Below the pieces are notes generated by a model. That model ran no database searches, was not told where the DNA came from, and was given only the letters and a program-made list of their open reading frames with translations. Both the position numbers and the translations under genes were made by a program. A DNA stretch of 64,000 bases from Candidatus Zhuqueibacterota bacterium (GTDB taxonomy: Bacteria > Zhuqueibacterota > Zhuqueibacteria > Thermofontimicrobiales > Thermofontimicrobiaceae): assembly GCA_049322915.1 (NCBI GenBank), contig JBMOPW010000014.1:922774-986773 (forward strand). The letters are read 5' to 3'. Of this stretch, positions 29,317 to 39,900 are shown in pieces (within the stretch, counting starts at the first letter, position 1; every line of letters begins with the position of its first letter).

Positions 29317-29619
29317 TATCCTGAATTATTCATGAACTTGCTCAGAATTTGAGTCAACATTGAGATTTTCAATTAGCTAAAGGCTAAGCTATTTTGAAAC
29401 TCAGTTTTTATACGTTTATTCCAAAAAGAGCACCATTCAGGTTAGCCAGCCTCCTTTAAAAATACTAATATGAATGACCAGTTAAAAGCATGTGCAATAA
29501 ATTCGATAGTTTTGTATCTGTAGAGGACGGTCGCGACCGTCCTCTACGCGAATGTCCAATGATAATGTAGGCGCCAAAATCTAACAGGTCATTCATATTA
29601 CTATGAATAATGCAGGCTA
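29317..29619. mobile_element. MITE-A copy 3, interrupted by MITE-B copy 2 (29468-29598)
   Basis: Near-identical to 12633-12799 except for a 131-bp insert with 17-bp TIRs, flanked by a duplicated TACTA. Confidence 0.85.
29520..29547. repeat. Perfect 28-bp GTAG-type REP-like palindrome
   Basis: GTAGAGGACGGTCG|CGACCGTCCTCTAC. Confidence 0.85.
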
Positions 29620-29629
29620 AAAAAAAGTC

Positions 29630-29685
29630 TTGACTTTGTGAAACAAATTTTGTATACTTCCCGTAAACGAGTTTGCAATACAAAC
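29630..29685 (+). promoter_or_regulatory. Sigma70-type promoter with two TTTG-N5-CAAA operator-like palindromes
   Basis: TTGACT(29630)-17 bp-TATACT(29653); TTTG-TGAAA-CAAA (29635-29647) and GTTTG-CAATA-CAAAC (29671-29685). Confidence 0.7.
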
Positions 29686-29725
29686 CGATATGCAGTTCAG
29701 ATTAATTTGTAAAAGGAGAAATGAA

Positions 29726-30382
29726 ATGAACGAGAAAATCAATCTCAAAGAAATGGAGAGGAGGGCATTTGTCTCCTATCATCGCGACGGGCTGATCGAT
29801 CTGTTCCTGGGCTTTCTGCTCATGGTTTCCGTCCTGAGCGCTACGTTGAGCGCAAACGGCGTCGCCGATTCTGTACGCATTGCCATTTATGTGCCGCTCA
29901 TGGTTGTGATAGGACCTGTCCTGTACATGGTGGGGAAGAGGTATATCACCATTCCCCGGCTGGGATATGTGAAATTTGGGCCGGAGCGCCGCAGCCAGCG
30001 GAAGCTCATGACGATCATTCTTGTGCACGTTGTGTTATTGACCCTGGTGATCTGGACATATACGTCAAGAAAAACACTGGGATACTTTGGTTCGATCATG
30101 GGAACCTATGGCATGTCGCTTATCATTGTTCTGATTATCATGGCGTTTTTTAGCTTTGCCGTGTATCTGACAGATTACAAGCGATTGTATATATTGGGAC
30201 TCATTGTGGCAGGCATCGAACCGTTGCATATTATAGCTGAGCGCAATTTTGACCCGAAGTATGTCGGACTGATTTCTTCCGGAATTCCCGGCCTCATCCT
30301 GCTCGTCATGGGCGGAGTGACGTTGATTCAGTTCTTGCATAAATATGAGAAAATCGATTCGGAGGTGGAATATGGTAAATAG
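29726..30382 (+). CDS. Integral membrane protein (paralog of the next gene)
   Basis: About 6 TM helices; 'INLKEMERRAF.S...DGL.DL', 'IPRLGYV'; ATG 29726 after AGGAG. Confidence 0.8.
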   Translation: MNEKINLKEMERRAFVSYHRDGLIDLFLGFLLMVSVLSATLSANGVADSVRIAIYVPLMVVIGPVLYMVGKRYITIPRLGYVKFGPERRSQRKLMTIILVHVVLLTLVIWTYTSRKTLGYFGSIMGTYGMSLIIVLIIMAFFSFAVYLTDYKRLYILGLIVAGIEPLHIIAERNFDPKYVGLISSGIPGLILLVMGGVTLIQFLHKYEKIDSEVEYGK

Positions 30383-31019
30383 TATCAATTTGTCGGACAT
30401 GGAACGCAAGGCATTTCGTTCTACATTTGAAGATGGACTTTTGGAATTGTTGATCATGTGCTTCACGCTGCAATTTGCACTGGCCCCCTATTTGAGCCAA
30501 TGGGGCATGGGTGATTTTTGGAGTTCAGCAATTTTTATGCCGCTTTATCTGATAGCGCTGGTCGGCTACGTTCAGGGAAAAAAACATATGACAGCTCCGC
30601 GAGTTGGCCTGGCGACTTACAGCGAGAAGCGCAGGACGAAAATCCGCAAGCTCAATTTTTATTTGGCCTTCATGGTATTAGCTGGTATTTTCATGGGCGT
30701 CATTGCGTTGCAATTCACCGGCACGACGCTCGCGACATGGCTTTTCCCGGCCGTGATGAGTTTTCTGCTGCTGTTCGCATTCAGCATGGCAGGATATTAT
30801 CTGGATGTCCCACGGCTGTTTTATTACGGTGTGCTGCTTTCTCTTCTGGTCCCTCTGGGTGAAGTCCTGTTCTGGAGAGGGTATGTTTCCCATCACGGCT
30901 ACCCGCTGGTATTCGGCATTGGGACCGTGGTGTTGTTTTTCAATGGAATTTTTCACCTGGTCAGATTCATGACAAAATATAAAATACCGGAACAGGAGTC
31001 CGCACATGGCAAAAGCTGA
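30372..31019 (+). CDS. Integral membrane protein (paralog of the previous gene)
   Basis: 'INLSDMERKAF.S...DGL.EL', 'APRVGLA'; ATG 30372 after GGAGG, overlapping the upstream stop. Confidence 0.8.
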   Translation: MVNSINLSDMERKAFRSTFEDGLLELLIMCFTLQFALAPYLSQWGMGDFWSSAIFMPLYLIALVGYVQGKKHMTAPRVGLATYSEKRRTKIRKLNFYLAFMVLAGIFMGVIALQFTGTTLATWLFPAVMSFLLLFAFSMAGYYLDVPRLFYYGVLLSLLVPLGEVLFWRGYVSHHGYPLVFGIGTVVLFFNGIFHLVRFMTKYKIPEQESAHGKS

Positions 31020-31335
31020 CAGGGAAAAAGAACTGCCGCAGCAAGTCCCGGACATTGATCGCGTCATTCACGAACCGGCGCGACTGATAATCATGGCCTA
31101 TCTGTACGTGGTGGAAAGCGCAGACTTCCTTTTTCTGATGCGGCAAACCGGTCTCACCCGGGGCAATTTATCGTCACACATGAGCAAGCTGGAGGCCGCA
31201 GGATACGTGCTCGTGGAAAAAGAATTTGTCGCCAAAATCCCTCGGACCATGCTCAAACTGACGCAAGCAGGCCGAGACGCGTTTCAAATGTACCGGCAAC
31301 GGATGAAGGAGCTATTCGAAGAGTTGCCGGAGTAG
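31006..31335 (+). CDS. Winged-helix transcriptional regulator (MarR/ArsR-like, HTH_34 type)
   Basis: 'IDRVIHEPARLIIM', 'LTRGNLSSHMSKLEAAGYV', 'PRT...LT..GR.AF'. Confidence 0.92.
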   Translation: MAKADREKELPQQVPDIDRVIHEPARLIIMAYLYVVESADFLFLMRQTGLTRGNLSSHMSKLEAAGYVLVEKEFVAKIPRTMLKLTQAGRDAFQMYRQRMKELFEELPE

Positions 31336-31462
31336 TGGTAGACTGCCTGCCTTCCGCGGATTGAAGCTGCGGCTTTTTCGCGGAAGGCCTGAATTGAACG
31401 AATGGCTCATCTGCATTGTGAATAAGCCAGGCCAATGGGTCGCGATTTGACGATTGGATTTT

Positions 31463-31666
31463 ATGATGAAAGAAATTTCCCGGCGAGAGGTTCAAAACCT
31501 GCTCGCAAAATCGACGGTGGTTCGAACGAGTACCGCACGTAAAAACGGTGAATTGGAAGTGGCGTTTTTCCTCTCCGACAACGGCTGCTTCATTGTTCGC
31601 TACAGCAGCAAACATCAGCGGAAACGATATTTTCTGAAAATGCAGTCGCAATCCTGGCGGCAATAA
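31463..31666 (+). CDS. Small hypothetical protein
   Basis: About 67-aa basic ORF with a plausible alpha/beta pattern; weak RBS. Confidence 0.4.
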   Translation: MMKEISRREVQNLLAKSTVVRTSTARKNGELEVAFFLSDNGCFIVRYSSKHQRKRYFLKMQSQSWRQ

Positions 31667-31830
31667 CAGAGGAACGCCGGCCGGTTTGTTTTTGAAAGAC
31701 GGCCGGACGCCAGAAGTCCGGAGACAACGCTGAAACGCCATTTCCATAGATCGAATTGTTCTCTGCAACATCAATTCCATAACGGCGTAGTAGTTAGACA
31801 GATATCCAAATCACTGATTATCTATACTCA

Positions 31831-31976
31831 TTAAGGGTTAGTTTTTCATGTTGATCATAATAAAATTGGAGTGAAATCCCTATATGGATTTCACTTTTCG
31901 CTGTGCATAAAGGCATGGCACTCTATATTTTAGGGTGAAATCCAATTGATTGAAAAAGAGAAATTTTAACCCTTAA
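31831..31976. repeat. Possible degenerate MITE with internal palindrome
   Basis: TTAAGGGTTA (31831) / TAACCCTTAA (31967) inverted ends; AGTGAAATCC-CTATAT-GGATTTCACT (31870-31895); extra GTGAAATCC at 31935. Confidence 0.45.
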
Positions 31977-32006
31977 AGAATATAACTCGTGCAAGGAGAA
32001 TAAGGG

Positions 32007-33932
32007 ATGAGAACTCCTGTCGATCAATTTTTCCGGCTCATGATCCTGCTCGGACTTTTCGTTTTCCCGACAATGGGTCTGTCTCAACAATTTATCGAAT
32101 TTAATTCCGGGCGATGGGACCTGTCAAACGCCACGCTGGTCGATTTCCTGGGTCGAAAAGCGATGATGGGGACAGCGGTTCTGACCGATGTTGTCTTTGG
32201 CGATGGCGTGATTGAGGTGGACATGGCGGTGACTGGCGGTCGCTCTTATCCGGCCATCAATTTCCGAATAGTGGATGACGATAACTGCGAGCGTTTTTAC
32301 ATTCGACCCCATCGCGCCGGGCTGTACCCTGATGCGCTTCAGTACACGCCGGTGTTCAACAAAGTGGCAGGCTGGCAATTGTATTCCGGCGAGGGATTCA
32401 CCGCGGCCGGCAACATCCCGGTCAACCAGTGGCTTCATGTGAAGATCGACGTGAAAGGCAGTCAGGCCCGCGTATTTTTGAATGGCGCTTCGGAGCCCGC
32501 TCTTGTCATTCATGACTTGAAGCACGGTGTCGCCACCGGGAAACTCGGATTGTCCGGCCCGAGGGATGGTTCTGCCTATTTTTCGAACTTCTGCGTGACG
32601 ACGGAGGAGTCGCTGAAATTTGAGCAACCCGTCGCGGATGCAACGCCGGCCGGCATGATGATGGATTGGGAAATTTCGAAGGTCTTCAACGCCGAAAAAA
32701 TTGACATTGAAGTGATTGATTACCCCGGTTTTTACCAGATTTTTTATGCCGGCTGGCAACCGGTGAAGGCTGCATCATCTGGATTGGTGGACATTGCCCG
32801 ATTCGTGAAAAGAAATCCGCAGCGCCCGGAGTGTTTACTCGCGCGGACCATTGTGAATTCGGATGAAATGCTCGACGTTAAACTGACCTTCGGGTACAGC
32901 GACGAGGTCACGTTGTTTCACAATGGTAAAAAATTGTTCTACGGCATGAGCGCGTATCAGTGGCGCGATCCATCGTTCCTGGGCATTGTCGGATTGAATG
33001 ACGTCGCTTTTCTGACGTTGGAAAAGGGACTGAACGAAATAATGCTGGTTGTGAAAGAGAGTTTTGGCGGCTGGGGATTCATGATGAAGGCGGACACCAC
33101 ATTGACGCCGCCGAAGAAACAGCACGACCGCGTGGCAAAGGCCTGGGAGACCGAGGCTGTATTTCTGACGCCGGAATCGGTGGTGTACGATCCGGGCCAG
33201 GATGCGCTGTTCGTGAGCAGCTTTGACAATCGATACAAGAAAGACGCCGGGCCGGAAGAGTACACCGGCTTCATCTCGAAGTTGAAGATCACGGGTGAAA
33301 TTGAGGCGCTGAAATGGGCGGCTCCGCTCCATGGTCCTTGTGGATTGGCGATTTATAAGAAGAAACTGTACACTGTGGAGCGCTGCAATCTCACGGAGAT
33401 CGACCTGAAGACCGGTAAAATTTTAAAGCGCTACCCAATTCCCGGGTGCGATTTTCCCAACGATCTGATTGTCGATTCGGACGGTTCGGTGTACATTTCC
33501 GACACCTCGCCGACCGACCATCGCGCCAGCCGCATTTATAAATTCAAAGGTGGTACATTCGAAGTCTGGGAACGCGGAGGTGAAATTCGCCGCGCCAATG
33601 GCCTTTTCATTCACGAGGGTAAACTGCTCATTGGCAACACCGGCGATGGGTGTTTTAAATCCGCTGATTTGGCCACTAAAAAAATCGGGACCATTGCCTG
33701 TCTTGGAGCCGGAGTCGTCGACGGCATTCGCGTTGATGATCGCGGCGATTATCTCGTTTCCCACTGGGAGGGCCAACTGTATCGGATTTCTCCGGCCGGT
33801 CGCGTCACCGAACTGCTGGACACCATCGGCGACATCAACCTGGCTGATTTTGAATACATCAAAGAGAAGAAATTGCTGATCGTCCCCACATTTGTCGGGA
33901 ATAAAGTTGTTGCCTACAAACTGATTGACTGA
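32007..33932 (+). CDS. Secreted protein: concanavalin/DUF1080-like N-terminal domain plus SMP-30/gluconolactonase-like beta-propeller
   Basis: Signal peptide; 'DGVIEVDM..WLHVKIDV..AYFSNF'; 'TPESVVYD', 'PNDLIVDSDGSVYISD', 'ANGL', 'DGIRVD', 'ADFEY'. Confidence 0.75.
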   Translation: MRTPVDQFFRLMILLGLFVFPTMGLSQQFIEFNSGRWDLSNATLVDFLGRKAMMGTAVLTDVVFGDGVIEVDMAVTGGRSYPAINFRIVDDDNCERFYIRPHRAGLYPDALQYTPVFNKVAGWQLYSGEGFTAAGNIPVNQWLHVKIDVKGSQARVFLNGASEPALVIHDLKHGVATGKLGLSGPRDGSAYFSNFCVTTEESLKFEQPVADATPAGMMMDWEISKVFNAEKIDIEVIDYPGFYQIFYAGWQPVKAASSGLVDIARFVKRNPQRPECLLARTIVNSDEMLDVKLTFGYSDEVTLFHNGKKLFYGMSAYQWRDPSFLGIVGLNDVAFLTLEKGLNEIMLVVKESFGGWGFMMKADTTLTPPKKQHDRVAKAWETEAVFLTPESVVYDPGQDALFVSSFDNRYKKDAGPEEYTGFISKLKITGEIEALKWAAPLHGPCGLAIYKKKLYTVERCNLTEIDLKTGKILKRYPIPGCDFPNDLIVDSDGSVYISDTSPTDHRASRIYKFKGGTFEVWERGGEIRRANGLFIHEGKLLIGNTGDGCFKSADLATKKIGTIACLGAGVVDGIRVDDRGDYLVSHWEGQLYRISPAGRVTELLDTIGDINLADFEYIKEKKLLIVPTFVGNKVVAYKLID

Positions 33933-33973
33933 AAACCGGAGGTTCACGGAACCGCCATTCACACGAGGAAGCT

Positions 33974-34582
33974 ATGACGAGGACGAGATTTTTTATTGCC
34001 CTGTGCCTGATTCTTTTCGCGGCGCTGCCGGAATCACTGATCGCCCAGAATGAATACCGCGATCGAATGCAACGGCCGGAAGCCATTATGGATACGGTCG
34101 GAATAAAGCCGGGCATGGTGATTGGCGAAGCCGGCGCAGGCGATGGGTACCTGACTTTCTGGCTGGCCCGGCGCGTGGGAGAAACCGGAAAAATCTACGC
34201 CAATGATATAAACGAAAAATCGCTCCGGAAAATTGAGGATCGCAGTAAAAGGGAACGAATCTCCAACATCCGGACGGTGGTTGGCGACGTCGATGATCCT
34301 TTATTTCCCGTGAAAGACCTGGATCTGGTCATTATGCTGATGGCGTTTCATGACTTTGAACAGCCGGTTCAATGGTTGAACAACCTGACCCATTATTTGA
34401 AATCCGGGGCCAGGCTCGTCATTGTGGATAAAGACCCGGATCGATGGGGACAGGGGCATGGCCATTTCATGACGAAAAATAGGCTGCTGGAGACAGTTCA
34501 AAAATCGGATTTTGCGATTGAGCGAATTGAGACCTTCCTGGAGCAGGACAATATTTATATCTTCTCGCGCAAAAATAAATGA
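33974..34582 (+). CDS. Class I SAM-dependent methyltransferase with N-terminal signal peptide
   Basis: 'IGEAGAGDGY' motif I, 'KIYANDI', 'DLVIM..FHD', 'LKSGARLVIVD'. Confidence 0.88.
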   Translation: MTRTRFFIALCLILFAALPESLIAQNEYRDRMQRPEAIMDTVGIKPGMVIGEAGAGDGYLTFWLARRVGETGKIYANDINEKSLRKIEDRSKRERISNIRTVVGDVDDPLFPVKDLDLVIMLMAFHDFEQPVQWLNNLTHYLKSGARLVIVDKDPDRWGQGHGHFMTKNRLLETVQKSDFAIERIETFLEQDNIYIFSRKNK

Positions 34583-34759
34583 GGCAGTGGGACTTTTCAC
34601 CGGCAAAAGAAGCTGAATATCAGCAAGGCTCTCTCGTTGCACCGGAGGCGTTTTATTAACTGACGAAGGCATATTCGAAGCAACAGCCATCGGGTGATTT
34701 GTTGCAGGCGCTGACTTCTTTTCAGGTCGATCAAATCCAACGCGCAGTTAGCATGCCCC

Positions 34760-36469
34760 TTATTTTAAAAGCAGCATTTTTTTTGAATGCTGCCGGGCAT
34801 CGACAATGAGGCTGACAAAATAGACGCCGGAGGCGACATTCTCCTGAGATTGATTTTTCCCATCCCATGTCAGCGTGTGTTGCCCGGCGGAAAATCGGCC
34901 CGAGCCAATCGTCCTGACAAATGCTCCGTCGAGATTGAAGATCGTGACGTGCGCATACTTCGGAGCGTTCAGGATAAAACAGATCGACGTGGAGGCGTTG
35001 AAGGGATTGGGATAGTTGGGTAGCAGGCGAATATCCTGTTCCGGGTGAGGTGATTCTGAAGAGACGTCCGAACTGCTGATTTTCAAATCCACGGCATCGC
35101 CCTCCTTCAAAAAGGAAAGCCGCGCGTTCACAAATCCCCGGTAGTTCGTGGCGCGATTTGCAGAGCGGACATAGGCTGGCGCAAAGTGAGTGATGCTGTT
35201 GGTCTTCAAAACGTAAGCGACGCCGTGCGCAACCGTTAAAATTCCCCCGGCGGAGATGTTGACATCGCTGTTAAATTCGCTGTTATCCCGATCCCCGTTG
35301 AGATAGAGAACGCGATAGCCGGGATGAGCTGCGCAGGCCCACATGCCTCCGATCCAGCGATTTTCGAAATAATAGCTTTCACGGGCTGGGTCTTCCCACA
35401 TGAGTTTGTGGATGATCACGGTATTGGGCACAACATTCGACCCTGCGGATTTTGAAAGGGTCCCGCGCCAGGCAGCGCTTTCGCTGGATGTGAGATAATT
35501 GACGACATCACTGCCGGCGTTTGGCGCATCATCGTCGACGCCGCTCAGGTTGACGGCAGTGAAATTATTGTCCACGAATATCGTTGAAATCGGGTTCAGA
35601 TAAGGGCCGGGATCGATCAGTTCGCGGTGAGCCAGATCAAAGACAGCGCCCCGGGGCAGATGATGAAACACAATGTCGGTGAACGTCAGCGGTTTTCCCG
35701 GCTGGCAATCGATCGTGGATGTTTCGCTCTGATAAAGGATGGAGACAGTGGCGTCGCCGAAGACAGTGGCCAGTCGGGATTCATCCACGCATAAAGCGGT
35801 ATTCTCGCAGATGCCGATGCCCATGATATTTTTCTGACCGTTGTCCACGATGCGGCGGGCTAACATGGGAACGAGCCGGGTCAGCCGGCCCCGCGGGAAA
35901 AAGTGAGAATCGGTCAGAACATCGGGAAGGAGATTTAAAAAATCATCGGTGAGGTGAATGTCCGGCGTGTAGGAATTGTACGCCGACTCGTCCGGGTACA
36001 GATAGCCGCCGGTGGCATCGTAGACAACCTGTCCCAGGACTGCCAGTCCGGCGCTCGTTCCACCGATGACGCCGCCGTGGTTGAAGACGTGGTGAATAGC
36101 ATCTTCCACCAATGTCCCTTTCCACGTCAGCACATACTCGCTCTGGTCGCCGCCCTCCAGGAAGATGCCTTTGGCCGAGATCAATGTGTAGAAGGTAGCC
36201 GAGTCATTTGCCGCAGTTTTGCTGCTGATTCGGAGTGCTTCGCTAGAGCTATCCGCGCCCAGCGAGATGAAGTATTCAGGGTATTCCGGACTCGCCTGGT
36301 CCACATCGATATTGATGATCTTTCCGAAATCCGCTTTTTCAATGAACCAGGTGAAGGGCGCGTCAGCCCAGGAACTGTATTCGCTGCCGCCGCCAACCAT
36401 GAGCAATGATCCCTGGGCGTGCAAAATGAACGGCGCGAACATACACAGAATGAACAATGTCAATTTCAT
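34760..36469 (-). CDS. Secreted cyanophycinase-like serine peptidase (S51) with FlgD-Ig/T9SS-like CTD
   Basis: 'LLMVGGG', 'GIFLEGGDQ', nucleophile 'GGTSAG', 'DSHF..RGR..RL', 'GIGICENTA'; 'NYPNPFN'. Confidence 0.85.
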   Translation of the reverse strand: MKLTLFILCMFAPFILHAQGSLLMVGGGSEYSSWADAPFTWFIEKADFGKIINIDVDQASPEYPEYFISLGADSSSEALRISSKTAANDSATFYTLISAKGIFLEGGDQSEYVLTWKGTLVEDAIHHVFNHGGVIGGTSAGLAVLGQVVYDATGGYLYPDESAYNSYTPDIHLTDDFLNLLPDVLTDSHFFPRGRLTRLVPMLARRIVDNGQKNIMGIGICENTALCVDESRLATVFGDATVSILYQSETSTIDCQPGKPLTFTDIVFHHLPRGAVFDLAHRELIDPGPYLNPISTIFVDNNFTAVNLSGVDDDAPNAGSDVVNYLTSSESAAWRGTLSKSAGSNVVPNTVIIHKLMWEDPARESYYFENRWIGGMWACAAHPGYRVLYLNGDRDNSEFNSDVNISAGGILTVAHGVAYVLKTNSITHFAPAYVRSANRATNYRGFVNARLSFLKEGDAVDLKISSSDVSSESPHPEQDIRLLPNYPNPFNASTSICFILNAPKYAHVTIFNLDGAFVRTIGSGRFSAGQHTLTWDGKNQSQENVASGVYFVSLIVDARQHSKKMLLLK

Positions 36470-36985
36470 CGCATTGGCTTTCAGTTTATTTCGTCAATGA
36501 ATCGTTATTTGGTTGGGATTTATAAGAACGACCATAATGAAAATTTTGACTTCATCATTAGTGCGTTAGCGTCAGGTATTCACACGTGGCTATCAAATTA
36601 TCCCGGCATTGTTCCGATATATACAAAAATCATGTAGGTAGCAACTCAACGCACGTATTCCAGAAGCAGCTGGTTGATTTTTGGAGACCACGATAAATTG
36701 TGGTGCTGGTACAATTTTGAACCAGCGACATGCTTCAGCATAGCCACCTGATGAGTTACTCATGTTGATTAAATTAATTGATGTTCGTTGTTAAAGCAAT
36801 GCCTGAATGTACAACCATGATTTCAATTAAGCAACAATATTATGAAACGTGAGCGAATATTTCCCGTACTAAAATCACCAATTTAAAAAGTGACATTCCA
36901 AGAACTTACTGACGTAAAAAATATTTCGGCACTTCTCAAGTCTTTGAAAATTTTCCACTCAATCATTCATTATGGAGGTTGACAC

Positions 36986-39900
36986 ATGACCAATAAATTA
37001 AAGGCGCTGGCATTTTTTATGTATTTCGTCTGCTTTCCAAGCCTTGGCACCGGCCAAACAGTGCACGATCAAATTCGTGAATTCGAGGCAGCCCGTTTTG
37101 CAAGAAACCAGGGCGCTTTCTCCATGCGCGCAATGAAGGGAGAGCCATCTGATATTGATGTGAGTTACTATCGCATCGACCTGAAAATCAATCCTTACGA
37201 GGAAAATATTTCAGGCAGCGTCTACATGGAGGCCATTTCTCAAATCGCCGGCTTGAATGAAATTTCCCTGGACTTTTTCGACAACATGATCGTGGATTCG
37301 GTGGTTTCCCAGGGAGATACGTTAGGTTGGACTCACTCGGAGAATTCTCTGAATATCACGCTGCCGCAGACGATAGAAATCGATGATTATATCGGACTGC
37401 ACGTTTACTACCACGGTCGCCCTTCGGCAGCCGGCGGATTCAAGTCGTTCGATTTTGGCAGCCACCTGGAATTCCCGATTGTCGCGACCTTATCGCAGCC
37501 ATTCGGCGCCCCGGCCTGGTGGCCCTGCAAAGACGATCCGGCGGACAAAGCAGATTCGGTGGATATCGCGATCACTGTGCCGGACACATTCATCGTTGCC
37601 TCCAATGGCGTGCTTGTCAGCAAGACCGAAAATGAGGACACCACCACAACCTATTTCTGGTCCGAGCGCTATCCCATCAGTACGTATCTGGTGTCTTTGG
37701 CGATCACCAATTACGAGGTGTTTTCGGATTATTATTATTCGGGGACAGACTCCATGGAGGTTCTCTACTTCGTGTACCCGGAAAATGAGGCAGCGGCCCG
37801 CGAGGACTTCACCATCACGGTGGAAGCAATTACGCATTTCTCCTCGCTATTTGGCCAGTATCCTTTCATCGATGAAAAATACGGCATGGCGGAATTTCAG
37901 TGGGGCGGCGCCATGGAGCACCAAACCTGCACCAGCTATGGCCGGGGACTCATTCAGGGGAATCACAGGTATGACAGCTATCTGGTTCACGAATTGGCTC
38001 ACCAGTGGTTCGGCGATCTCATCACCATGAAGCGCTGGTCTCATATCTGGCTGAACGAAGGATTTGCCTCGTATGCCGAAGCCCTGTGGGCCGAGCACCG
38101 GGGAGGGCAGGATTCGTTATTCAATTATATGGACGAATTCGATCAGGGTCTGTTCCCGACATCTGTGTTTGTGTACGACTCCACCAACATCGCAGAACTG
38201 TTCAGTCGAACCGTGTACGATAAAGGCGCGTGGGTGCTGCACATGCTGCGTCACGTGTTGGGCGACAGTTCATTCTTTGAATCGCTGGCAGCGTACCGCG
38301 AGGCGTTTGCGTTCGGGAACGCGACGACCGAAGATTTTCGGGATGTTTGCGAGTCTGTTTACGGCGCGGATTTAGACTGGTTTTTCGAACAGTGGGTGTA
38401 TGGTTTTTTCCGCCCAAGTTATGAATATGCGTGGTCAGATTCTGAGGCTGGTGAGAATCACATTGTCACTCTGAAACTCGACCAGGTTCAGGTGTATACC
38501 GGGCTTTTCAAAATGCCGCTGGATGTGCAGTTGACAACGCTTTCCGGAGATACGACATGTGTCGTCTGGGACAGTCTGGCTTCTCAGACCTTTCAATTTG
38601 TCATGGATGAAGAAGTCATTAAGCTTCAGATCGACCCGGATAATTGGGTGCTCAAGGAATTGCTGATAAAAGACCGGCACAATGTGAGCGGTACAATTTT
38701 CACAGGGGATAAATCGACGCCATTACCGGACGCACTGGTATATTTTTCGAGAATTGATTTGGCCACCTACATGGCGCTTTCTGTGGATACAGTTCACAGT
38801 AAATCGTCGGGACACTATGACATTTCAGTGATACCCGGATTCTATGTTGTCGAAGTTGTAAAACCGGAAGATGGTTATTTGCCGGCTGAGCCCGAATACA
38901 TCGAAATCGACAGAAATATTTCCGGACTCGATTTTGTGCTCACGGCGCCACGAATTTCAACAGGGTACGATTCGCTCCTCGTGTTCCTGGATCAGGGCGA
39001 GAATTTCACCGATACACTGGTGATAGAAAATGCCGGCAATGGTCAATTATTATTCAGCGTTGCGCCAATCCTGAGCGGCGGTATGCTGAAAAGCCCGGCG
39101 AGTTATGCAACGCTTTCTCCTCTCGCGCCGGGATTGAAGATTCCTTTGGGTGAATTGCCTGATATGTCCGGATTGAGGCAAGGAGCAGCGTCCGCTCCGA
39201 CAGGCTCGTGGCAGCTTGTTTACAAAGACCCGGAAGACAATCCAGCCGGAGTTATGGACTTAAGCGAAACCTGGATGCAAATTTCCGGCGGGAAGTTGTA
39301 TTTCAAGGTCAGTTCATTTTATCAATACGCACAGCTCAATCAGTTGGAGTACGATTTGCTGATTGACACGGACGGAAATCCAGATACCGGTATTTTTGCC
39401 GGCTGGCTCGGTGGAGATTACGTGGTTGTGGTGACTGATTTTGGCGGCGTGTTCTCCGCCCTTGCCCGATACACCGGCAGCGGATTCGAGCTTGTAACGC
39501 TGGCAAGTTATGAAAATATGGACGCTGCGAACAACGAGTTTACCACAGCATTTCCATTGACGTCGTTCGGAAGCGCGAAAGTCCTGTCCATGATTTCGGT
39601 GGTGCAGAGTCTTACCAATCCGCTGCTGGATCAGGATGTTGCCCCGAACAACAATTTCGGCTATTTCATTTTCAGCCTGGAGGAAATTCCCTGGCTTCAT
39701 ATTGAGCCGAATTTTGGATTGGTGGAGGCCTCCCAACCAGGCTCAGTCATCATCACCATTCTGCCGGGTGCATTATCCGCCGGTCACTATCATGCGAATC
39801 TGGTGATTGCCAATAATGAAGCGACCAACATGAAAAAAATCGTGCCGATCCGGCTCGATTATATCACCAGTGTGGCGGACCAGGAGACTGTACCCGGATC

